From Octopus bimaculoides (lineage: Eukaryota), in assembly GCF_001194135.2 (NCBI RefSeq), contig NC_068981.1:96431160-96495159 (forward strand): DNA of 64,000 bases. Direction: 5' to 3'. Positions 27,576-39,400 of this stretch are shown in pieces (position 1 is the first letter of the stretch; every line of letters starts with the position of its first letter). The notes under the pieces are model-generated. The model did no database searches and was not told the DNA's origin. It was given only the letters and a program-made list of their open reading frames with translations. The translations under genes and the position numbers were made by a program.

Positions 27576-28640
27576 ACAAGAGTTGTGCCAAAAGTAATGT
27601 AAGAGTGGTTATAACTTTAGTAACTGGTAAAGATCAAATTGCATGTGTTGTTAGAGTAATTCTTCCTGTTCTTCATTGCTGACAATGGATTTCAAGCAAT
27701 GTGCTATCATTGAATTCTCTTGATGATGGTGTTGCAGGCCACTCAACATCCACAGAAGACTATATAGGTTCTTTACAGAGATGACACTGCTGATAAGAGC
27801 TATGTTTACAGATGTACGAAGTTTAAAAAAAAAAAAAAAAAGCATTAACAACAAACCATGCAATGGGAGATCATCAACTGTAACTACTAAAAAGAATTGC
27901 CAGCAAGTGGGTGAATTTGTGCAGACAGATGAGTCACAACCTGAGCTTAATGGACTGTAGTTGCATTATATTACAGAAGATGGTAAGGAACTTTGGGGAT
28001 TGGAAAGTATGTGCAAAATAGCAGTCTGGAGGAGAGAAAAGTGGAAGTCTACTTTGATCTGCTGAAAACGTTTGAAAACGTATTCAATTTTGGTGACGAG
28101 ATGAAACATGCCTGTATCTTTATGAGCCAGAAATAAATGTTCAGTCTATGAAAAGGTATCACACCTTCAAGACTTAAGTTCAATAACTATTAACTGGTGC
28201 AGAAAGCTATGGTGATTGCTTTTTCAACATAAAGATGCCATTATCCTTGAATTTTGTTTTTCTGGTGTGTGGCTGTACTGTAAACAGTGAGTGGTACCTT
28301 GAAAGACACTCAAACATCTTAGAAGCTATTAGGAAGAATAGATTGAACAAGAATCTAAAATTGATTCACATTCACCATGATAATGCACAAACTAGGCAAT
28401 TGAGCTGGTCAGTTGCCCCACCATACAACCCATATGTGGTGCCCTCTAACTTCTGTCTGTTTGATCCAACAAAGGACAACATTTTCATAGACGCAGTCAA
28501 GATGAAAGTGAGTACAACAGTATACACCTGAATTTCTTTTCAAAGAGATTGAACAGTTACTCTACCAACATGTGTAATTTGTACTTGTTTCAATAAAAGT
28601 TATGCCCACTTTTGCATTACTTGCAGTAGGATCCCAGTAA
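27576..28640 (+). mobile_element. Near full-length decayed mariner element between the two genes
   Basis: MDFKQCAIIEF, NKPCNGRSSTVTT, HIHHDNA and PPYNPYVVPSNFCLF (YSPDL motif); degenerate TIRs AAAAGTAATGTAAGAGTGG / CCCACTTTTGCATTACTTG. Confidence 0.75.
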
Positions 28641-30315
28641 TTCTAATCACTTATATGATGAAATATCCAATGTTACCTCCAGAGCTGACACTGGCTTCCT
28701 ACAATTACATAAATGTACAAAATAGCTAAGTAATAGAGCTTATTAACTTTGGCAAATGTCCTAAATGTAATCTTATACTAAAGTTAAAATTTATAAGTTT
28801 TAGAGGATTTTCTTGTATTTACAATGTTCTCTAACTATAAAAATGACTAAGTATAATTCTTTGTTTCATGCTGAATGTTTCTCCCACTTTTGGGTTTTGC
28901 TTAAAATTAAGTTTAAAATATAAAACTTGCAATTTATTCACATTAGATGGATTTTCAGAGGAACCATTGCTTGTTAGACATTTTTTTACACCGGTAAACT
29001 AATTTCTTGCATATTGCAAATGCTTAGATACAACAGTTGTTGAAGAGTTTCACCTAAATGCCTGAGCTCAAACTATCACAGCTACATTAAGACAATTCAT
29101 GTACTCTATATGCTTTAGTATGTCTAAGTTTAAAAAAAAAGCTTCTCTAACAATGGCTTGGTTGCCAGTCAACTAAATTTTCATGCACATAACCAAACTA
29201 TACATGCAGTCCATGTTTCTATTTCTCACATTGTGGTGATAACTAGTTTGGCTCTCCACAGACTGCAAAAGTTGGAAATGTTTTAGAGTTTAAATCACGA
29301 TTGGCATTTTTGTTTTTTTTTTCATCTTCCGAAGTTGTCAAAACAGCACCAGCTCCTCTGCAGATCAGTTGAAATGCTTCCAGATGTGCTTCACAAAACT
29401 GGCCTCATTCCGAGAGAAAAGGAATTAGATTTTTCAACCATTAACACTAGTGGGCTGTCTACACCTACTGCTCTAACACTGGTAATGTACTTTTCATCAA
29501 CTGTCAAAAGTAAAGAGGATTAACAAAACAAAGCACCCCATACTATTAACCATTGCTGGATTTATACTTTGTGGTTCCACTATCTGGAGTGCTCAGTGTA
29601 TTAAATCCTCTTAAACAGTGCTGCAAGTCTGCTCTAATAGCTTGCCACATTAAATAAATTCATGTTCAAAGAATGTAATATAATTCATTTAATACAGATT
29701 AAAAAAAAAAAAAAAGCTACTAAAGCATACATCTGAAATAGCACCAAACAATATATAAAACGCTTAGATGATGAGTGCTAGCACAGAATTCACATTCCAA
29801 CATCTCCAATCTTTTCAGATTAATCACAAAGCAATAGAAATAAATCTATGAACTCATCCAAATTTTTTTTTGTGTGTGTGTGTAGGAATTACAGATACAC
29901 AAATTTGCAAAATAAATATTCAATAAGAAGTGTGTATGAATTGTGTTTATATACAGTTAAAACATTAGAAATTTAAATTTCTATGGAATGACAAAAGGAA
30001 TTTTAGGAAAACATAAAAATTCATCTGAGTCTGTGGTTACAAAAGCCTTTGTACTCTGAGTGGAGGACGTTTTGACGTGAAAGACAACTTCCTTCAGTAC
30101 TCGGGTCAACATCCAGGCAAAGTGCACCTTTACACTTTAATTTTGGTCTGCAATAGATAATATTGGTCTGAAGACCTCTTTATAAGAGACATCAAAAATT
30201 ATCAAGCAGCTTTCTGTAGAGGGTGGGGCCAGAAAACAGTCTGCAACTTTTTTCAGGTTATTTCATAATGTGACCATGTTGCTCTTCTTTGCCGTTTCTT
30301 GACCCCGGTTGCTAG

Positions 30316-30411
30316 TCACATAGAACGACGACACATACTGTATTTGCCTTTCTGTAGCTGTGTCAAATAAATGCGCAGCTTACTGTTGTTGTCACAACGC
30401 TTCACCCAGAT
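30316..30411 (-). CDS. SUDS3: SUDS3 exon 9 (terminal coding exon)
   Basis: ttttcag|ATCTGG...ATGTGA; [31 protein letters not shown]. Confidence 0.94.
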   Translation of the reverse strand: MWVKRCDNNSKLRIYLTQLQKGKYSMCRRSM

Positions 30412-33400
30412 CTGAAAATAAATAATATTGTTTTCATTAAAATATTTTGACATAATAATTCAGGTAAATAATAACTGAGACACAATTTCCATGAAAAACA
30501 ATAGTTATAACATATTCAATACAAGGAGCATTAAAAAAAAAAACTAAGGACAAGACAATAATCAATAACTAATATTTTCAATATTCCAGCAAATATGGGA
30601 AAGAGAGACAACTCTGAACATGTTTTGCTCATATTCTAACTTCATCAGCAACACAGCTTTCACTGTAATTGCTCAGGTAATGATGAAAGAATACTAGATA
30701 AATGCACATTAATATGTGAACACTAACCCGAATATTGCTTTTCTTTTGAATGACACCCCTGAATTATTCTATTTTTCTACATCAATCAACCTTGCACATT
30801 TATTCAATGATTCTATCATCACACATTCAGTAAGGATTATGAGGTAAGAATAAGGCCAAAACATGTCAGGAATTGTGTCCCCTCTATTTACCTTAAAATG
30901 AAAATATTCCCCATTCAGTCATTGTTGATACACTGCTGGATATAGCCTTAACCCTTTAACATTTGAACTGGGCATATCTGTGCCAAATATTTTGTTTTAT
31001 GTTCAAACCAACCAGATGTGACCTCACACACCTACCCTTCAAGATTCTAAAAATAAACAATCACATCAAAATCTACAAGATGAATTCAAACCAGTGTGAA
31101 TAAATAAGTATTATATTTGGCAGAATAATCTGGATACTAAAAGGTTAAATATGTTAACACAAACTTAACTAATGGTTTAGCTATTGATTAGCATCTTAAT
31201 ATTCCTTGCATTAAATATGTTGACTATAACTTGATTCAGGTACAATATATATACAATAAAGATGAAGTCAGTGTCTTTATATTAAATTATAATGAAGGTA
31301 CAGCCAGTGTCTATTGTACTGATCCAACAGAAGGTGGAGCTAGTGTCTACTCTATACTGATCTACAGTAATGTTACTTCAACATTTCACTTCCATTTCCA
31401 CAAAAAAACATGCACCTCCACCACAAACAAAGTATACGGTGTGTGTATGTATGTGCGTATATAGATATATTTTTTGTTTCAGTCATTTGACTGCAGCCAT
31501 GCTGAAGCACTGCCTTTAGTTAACCCCAGGACTTATTCTTTGTAAGCTTAGTACTTATTCTATTGGTTTCCTTTGCTGAGCCACTAAGTTACAGGGATGT
31601 AAACATACCAACAAACATATATACACGACAGACTTCTTTCAGTTTCCATCTACCAAATCTACTCACAAGGCTTTGGTCGGCCTGAGGCTATAGTAGAAGA
31701 CACTTGCCCAAGGTGCCATGCAGTGGGACTGAACCTGGAACCATATGGTTGGGAAGCAAGCTTCTTACCACACACCATAAAAAGCATGTGCTGGCATCAT
31801 GTAAGAAGCACCCAGCACACTCTGTAAAGTGGTTGGTATTAGGAAGGGCATCTGACCATAGAAACCAAAGCAAATCAGACTGGAATCTGATTCAGCCCAT
31901 GCCAGCATAGAAAACAGATGTTAAATAATGATTATGACACCTTATCACCACTATTTATCTCCTTGGAGATACCACCAATTCATTTTCACCCCGTCCTAAA
32001 TGTGAGTAGCCAAGTAGCGCCTCTATAAGAATATGCTCTACCCCAACCTCATCTCATACCTTAACCCCATCTAACATAAACACACACTCCCCTCCTCAGA
32101 TTATGTAGACTTGCAAAGGTGGCACAAAAACTAAAAACACCCAGTACACATTATACAGTGGTTGGTGTCAGGAAGGGATTTCAGACACAGAAACCATGCC
32201 AAACCAGACACTGGAACATGATGCAATCTTTGGACACATCAGATCCTGTCAAACCATCCAACTCATGCCAGCATGGAACATGGGCATTAAGTGACAATAA
32301 TGATATATATTCAAAAGAAATTTAAATTAAAAGTTTACTCTAAGTTTTATTTACTTATTTATTTATGCACCATTCTCAAGTAACCCATGCTTCACCTTAG
32401 GAAATACTGGTTTACAATGAAATGGGACTAGTGTCTATGTTTATCTACAATGAATGAGTTATCACTTAATGTCCATTGTCCATGCTAATATGGGTTGGAT
32501 GGTTTGACCAGAGCTGGCAAGCTGCATCTGACTCCAATCTGATTTGGCATGGTTTCTATGGCTGGATGCCCTTCCTAATGCCAACCTGTTTACAGAGTGC
32601 AGTGGGTGCTTTTACATGGACCTGCATGGGCGCTTTTATATGGCACCATACAGACGTTTTTATGTGGCACTGTCACAAGTGCTTGTCATCACCAGAAAGA
32701 CCAATCTTATCACTTCTGTTGCAGAGTACAAGTCTTCTTGTGTACAGCAAGGTGCCAGGCATTTCAAGCCTTTGTCATATTGACAGAAATATTAATCTGT
32801 TAAGGCACAGATATGACTATGTGGTACAAAGTCTGCTTCCTAACCACATGGTCCTGGGTTCAGTCCCATTGCGTGACACCTTAGGCAAGTGTCTTCTACT
32901 ATAGCCCTGAACCAACCAAAACCTTGTGAGTGGATTTAGAAGAAAGAAACTGAAAGAAACCTACCATGTGTATGCATGCTTGTGTGCATGTTGCTGTCTC
33001 CCTGCTTTGATATCTACCACCATCATTCACATCCATTGTCCATGCTGGTATGGGTTAAATGGTTTGACCAGGGCTGGTAAGCCAAGGGGCTGCACCAGAC
33101 GCCAGTCTGATTTGGTATGGTTTCTATGGCTGGATGCCCTACCTAATGCCAACCACTCCAAGGGTATAGTGGGTGCTTTTGCATGCCAGTTGCATAACAC
33201 CAGTATCTGCCACACCTACAATTTCACTTGGCTTGATGGGTCTTCTTCTCAAGTAGAGAATATTGCCAATGGTCTCAGTCATTTGTCATTGCCTGTGATA
33301 GTTATAAACAAGTCATGCAGGTGGTGTCTTTTGTTCTCTATGTTCTACAAGAACATGTCTAGCCAAGGGAAATATTACCTCGTTTGGAAACAAGTAAGGG

Positions 33401-36400
33401 TCGCTAACAGGGAGGGCATCTGATCTTAGAAAATTTGCCTCAAATTCTATCTAGACTGTGCAAGCATGGAAAAGTGGATATTCAAATGATGATGAATGCA
33501 GTTCATAGTCCAAGTCCAAACAAACCAGTCTTGCATCACTTAGAATTTGTAAAATACCAGTAATATATAATTATACCCTCCCTCACAAAAAATATCACTG
33601 TCTACACAAAAGTCATTACTACTTACAACAATACTGATTTGCTACAAAAGATATAACAGAGGTTATAAGAAATTTAGTACCCTTTAATATGAGTAAAAAA
33701 AACTGAGTTAATTTGTGGGAGGTAAATTATAATATAGGCTGTGAATATACCAGATATGAGGAACTTACCTCTTGCGTTCCTATGGTACTGATAATTCCCA
33801 TTATCTTCTCCATATCTTTGGCCTCAATATATACTGGCTGTCCCTTATGGAACCTAAAAATACAGTAGATAATGACAGAATCTGTCTCTTCCAAGATACA
33901 GAATGTCTAGAATAGCTTCAATAATGATACAACACCATTGACTCAGCTATGATTAGTGTGCAAATATGTTATATTTCAGTAGCTACCATACTAACAGTAA
34001 TAGTATCACTATAATTAAAATATCTATACAATTATTCTGGTAGCAATAGCTATGTTTACCATTCTAACAACTCACCACCATCTAGGCAGCAGTTGCATGT
34101 GTACTACTGTTCACACATAGAAGCATTAATGATATTAAATATCATCTTAGCAATACCTTTACTTCCATCTTTACACACTAGTACCAGTAATACTACCCAA
34201 ACTATTGTTATAGCTGCTATAGTAATGAAGACAACTTACAGTTAGTTGTCTAGCTATGTGTTCCCGCCCCAGACTAAACTGTTGCATGATGACTATCACT
34301 ATATAGTTACAGTGGATTACTCAGCACTACTCTCACCAAGCTAGAGAAGATGGCAGGGTCACAGGGTTTCTAAATGAATTGCAACAATTTAAATTCAACT
34401 TCAAAAATGAGTTAAATTCCCCCCCACATCATTCCAAATCATCAAAAAAGACTATGTAAGAAAAGATAACTTAAAAAGCGACAAACCTATCACCATTGTT
34501 TTCCAAAATCAGAAACAGTCAGTCAGTCAGTCAGTATGATACCAGGCTCACTTTTTAATCAGTATGAATTCTACAGCATACATATAAACAGTCTATAAGA
34601 AATTTTCATATTAAAAAACCAAGCATGGGCAACCTTTCTCAAGAGGCCAAACAATATGAGACATGGCTCAGCATCAGGCAGGCTGCACTACTAAAAAAAA
34701 ATTCAAGGTAATGTTTCAATAGGCATGCTTTCAGAGTCTCATGGGCTGCAGTTTGCCCATGACATATCCTTAAAATCAGACAGACTTCAATCAGTCATAC
34801 ACTTAGAGAGAAAATACTGAAATCACTGCATTTCTCTCACCCTTTTTCTGTCTACTGTATTATCATTACTATTCTGCTGTCCTTCATCCTTTCTGCACTA
34901 TTAGTCATCTCCTACTCTCCCTTACCTCCTCCCAATTCATATGTATCATTGATCACCTCACAACCCCTTATCCATCTTTCACTAATCTACCCCCTTAACT
35001 CTACCCAATATCTACAGTTGCCACCTGCTCTTCCTTCCTTATCATATTCACCCTGTCACCTATTCTCAATCTCTAACATCTCTCACTCTTCCATATGCTC
35101 TTGCAATCTCTACTCACCCCCATTCCTTGTTCTCCTGTCCCCACTCCTAGTCACCTTGACAATCCACTGACAATTGACTACCACTGTTTTTATCTTTCCA
35201 GTTCCACCCTGGTTACTCCCACCTCATCTTCTCTAATGCAAATAGCTATGCAGCTCCTCTACAACAAGATGCCTGTTCTGTTCTGGACCCTTCTCTCATA
35301 CTTTAATCCTTCATTTCTTAGCATAAACCTGATCCCCTCTCTTGTAGATTCAGTCATAGAAACCATGCCAAAGCAGACACTGGAGCATGATGCAATCCTT
35401 TTCAGAGCCCCCAAATCTTGTCAAACTGTCTAACTTATGCCAGCTTGGAACATGGACATTAAATGATGATGATAAAAAAAACTTGTACAACCACTCGATC
35501 AGAAACTCTCTTTCCTCTTGAAATACATCACACAAATGTCACACTCATCCTTTAATCCCCAACAGTATCCTCAAATTGTCCCCAAACCAAATTCCAAAAT
35601 ACTAGTCACTTTGACTGCACCTCCACTAACCTTATTTACCTGAAAATCTCTATGCAATGGTAAAACCAGCCATCATCATGTAGGTGACAATTCCTCAAAC
35701 ACCACCTTGATATTCAGAATAATACCCAAGTACTCTTTATACCAGCATAAACTTAACATTTCATCTCCATGGACCACTGCATGCTTTGTGCATCACCTTG
35801 CAACATAGTTCTTTCTGCACCTACAAACATTTTAATTTTAGTACAAAATTGCATACATAGGTATCAACAATGTTGGACCCTAACTGACTGTATTTCCTCT
35901 TTCTTTAACCTCACTTCCAACAGCATTTTATCATTAAGCTCCATTGTCCTTCTTTCAACTATTCGCCCCCTCTTCTGCTCTGCCTAATTCTTTACCACTG
36001 AATCAATCCCTAACTTTACTACCCAATTCTTCCTCTCATTTCCATTTTACCATAGGCCTCCCAAACTAATTCTTTCTACACAGCACTATACTTCATATAA
36101 TAACAGTAGTAGCAACTGATTCTTTCTCTCCCCCCTTTCAACATAAAACAGTTGTAAATGTAGTTTAATAGTGGAGAGTAACTGTTCACTCCTTCAATAA
36201 TGGGCCATGTTCAAATGTCAGGTTTCTCCATTTCCATTATGAACTTTTTCTACAGATGAAATCTTATCTAATGAATTGCTAAAACTGCTGCAGGTAACAG
36301 ATATCAGATAAAATGGCACAAAATCACACGTTTTTATAACATGGTTATGTCTGCTAAAGAGCTGTCCTATCAGAAGCATATTACATCATGTGAAGGAAGC

Positions 36401-39400
36401 CACAAAGACCTAATCTACCACTAATTCTAACCTTTTCCCAAAGCAAGTCACAGAGTACCTGGAGGAAGGTGAAATCCTTGGTAAAGGACAAAATGACATC
36501 AGTAGATCAGGTCAAAAATGCTAGTTACAGGCTGGACAGTATTGTAAGTTTTATACACACATCTGATTTCGATTTCCTCCAGTCACACAATACATACCAT
36601 CTTTTATCATAGTAAAGCCGGCCATCTTCAATTTTAGCCTCCATTGGCAGACTGCTATCTGCACTGTTTGGTGGAGAGACAGGCTTTTTTTGCAGAGGAC
36701 GTCCAGACAATTTATTCAATGCTTTCAGGTCTTCCAGAATCTCACTTTCATCAAGAATGTAATTTAGTTGAGGTGATTAGAATTAAGGAATACAAAATGA
36801 ATTTTTTCTTATTTTTCATTAAACAAACAGTAACATCATGTGAATGAGCAGAAATAAGGAAGAAAGAGTTCTAAAAGAGAGTCAAAAAAGCAATAGTAAA
36901 AGGATATCAGGAGAAGGTTTCCTCCTTTTCTCTGGAAGAGGCATAGGGTCATTAGGTCTCCGTCGTAGCTTCCGGGTCATAACAGGCTTCACTTCCATTG
37001 AGTCTAAAGGAAACACAAAAGTAGAACAGTTATAAAATTCATATCTTTCAGTATAAGGATTATTAAACTGTTTCTGCTGGTTGCCGACTTTGTCTTGAGA
37101 AAGACAATAGGTGAACCCTAACCATGGAATCCCACAAAAAGGGCAAGCAAGGCTGAAAGATTTCAATTTTGCTGAAGGTATTGCCCTAATAGGAGAAGAC
37201 TGGGCTTAAGAATCAGCACAACAAAGATGTAAGTGATGAAGGTGGACAATACCATTGACCAAGAAGCAACTATCAAAGTCAACCAGCACAAGATAGAAGC
37301 AAGCAAATATCACCTATCTGGGCACTGTTTTAAGCAAGCACTGATGATGTGGAATTGAACTAGACTAAAAGACAGGGAAGATGTCAGTAGTGTTCCAGCA
37401 TATGCATTTCATCTGGGTGGCCTCAAACATCAAACTAATGTGAAATTTTGTCTGCCTACAGCAATTTATGCTAGTGAGACTGAGAAGAGGAGAGTAAGGA
37501 CAGATAGAAAACTAAATGTATTCCATAAAAACTGCCTCAGAAAGATCCTGAGATCTAGGTCATGACCACTGCAAAAAAACTGTAGAACACAATTCAGCCT
37601 GAGTGACCACATTCTTCATTTGGCCAATCAACAACACTCAAAAATAACCATGACTTAGATACCACCTTTCAGCAGGTGTAAAAGAGAAAGAGCAAAGATC
37701 ACCTTGTGGAAGACATTTAAAGTTGGCCTGAAGACAGCATTACATGGAATGGATGTGCAAGAGTAGCAGCCAATCAAACACAAAGGAGGGAGCTTGCTGC
37801 TCAATGTGCTGAGCAGTGGAGGAAGACCTAAAGCTAAGAGAAAAAAACATAGCTTTTTAAATACCTTTAAATTCACTCACCTGCAACAACTTGTATAGAA
37901 GGATGCATTACCATCTAAAAATTAACTTAGTATTCCTATCCATCTATCTCCATAATATATAGTAAAGATTACTTACAGAGGTTTAAACCATAAATTTTTT
38001 TTTTAAAGAAAACAATAACAAGAAGCTGTACTTTGATAAAATAGTTCCATCTAAGATCAACCAAATTATAGAGTCAATTAAAGATAAGGATTATTTCACC
38101 TCCATTATCTTACTGATCCTCACCTTAAGAAATCCAGTTAGATGAAAAGCAAAAATCAGTCAGTAGAATTTAAAGTACTAAAATATACTTGGTCTAATAT
38201 GGTATCTTTTTTATCTATGCTAATTTCATTAACCTAACAATGGTAGTTTTTAGAAAAATGAAGCAGTTACAGCACACAACTGTAAACAATGAGAATGTCC
38301 TTCATTGATAAAACCAAACAAGGTTGAAATCATGTGATCTGGTGGTCTCAGCACTGGGGGTAGTAGGGATTTATCTCCCCACTAGCGATATAAACAGTGC
38401 ATTTTGCACTAAAAAGCTAATATGAAAGTTTCTCTCATGGTAACTACTACAGTGTAGCTTGTTCTAATAGAACATCCAAGTTTAAGTGAAGATAAATGAG
38501 AGAATTGTTTTGAAACTTGAACAGCCAGGTTATTTTAGCCAGGAGAAGGTAACAAGAAGCCACACCAGTGTCTAACTTCGAAATGGAGTCTTCGATCATC
38601 TCTTCCAGCAACGAGAAACAGTCTCTGGTTTTCATTTTAAACTATGTATGACTGCTAATTAGTCTACAACAGATCGTCCTACACTGGTATCCATCAGACC
38701 AAAATTTTTAAATCTTCATACTGAAATATTTCAATGATAACAGCTTTAAAATACTTGCTTTAATTGTTCTAATTTCCAGAATCATGGAAAAATGGAACAA
38801 TAATATTTCATTTATAAACGATTAACAACGAACATTTAAAATGCACTTAGAAGACCAATTCAACAAATGAAACTGCAATACTGAAAAAGTTCCTGGCTTT
38901 AAGGGTATTGCAAAAGGCCTAATTGGTGGCCCAACTTTCTGAGTTTTTTTATGGGGCTGAGAAAAACTGACAAAGGATCACTGCAATGAGTGTGTAAATC
39001 TGAGAAGGGAGTATATTGAATAAAATCATAATTAATTGATCCTCTTGTATTTTCATTTACCCAAAGCTAGGAACCTTTCAGTACCCCCTTGTACAGAGCT
39101 ACACTTTTTTAGAAAAAAATTAAGAGCCTCTTAACCATCCATATCATTTTCAAAAAAGGAAGGACATATTCAATAATGTAGTCCCAATTGCACCACGTCT
39201 GAAAATAAGAGGGGATGGTTGCGATAGGAATGTCTTTGATCAAAGGTCCAATGACATGGATCTAAACAGTAACTACATTAACTTACCTCCTGTTAATTCC
39301 ATGGTGCTACGTTCATTCTCAATATGTCTTTTCTTTTCTTCAAACTCAGCAATTAAATTTTCCTTCAACCCAAATTTCTTTTCCTTAAAAAAAGATTAAA

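Noticed and set aside
32476-33423. 142-aa and 165-aa ORFs
   Set aside because: Chance frames through SINE copies (WLDALPNAN-type translations recur with the repeat).
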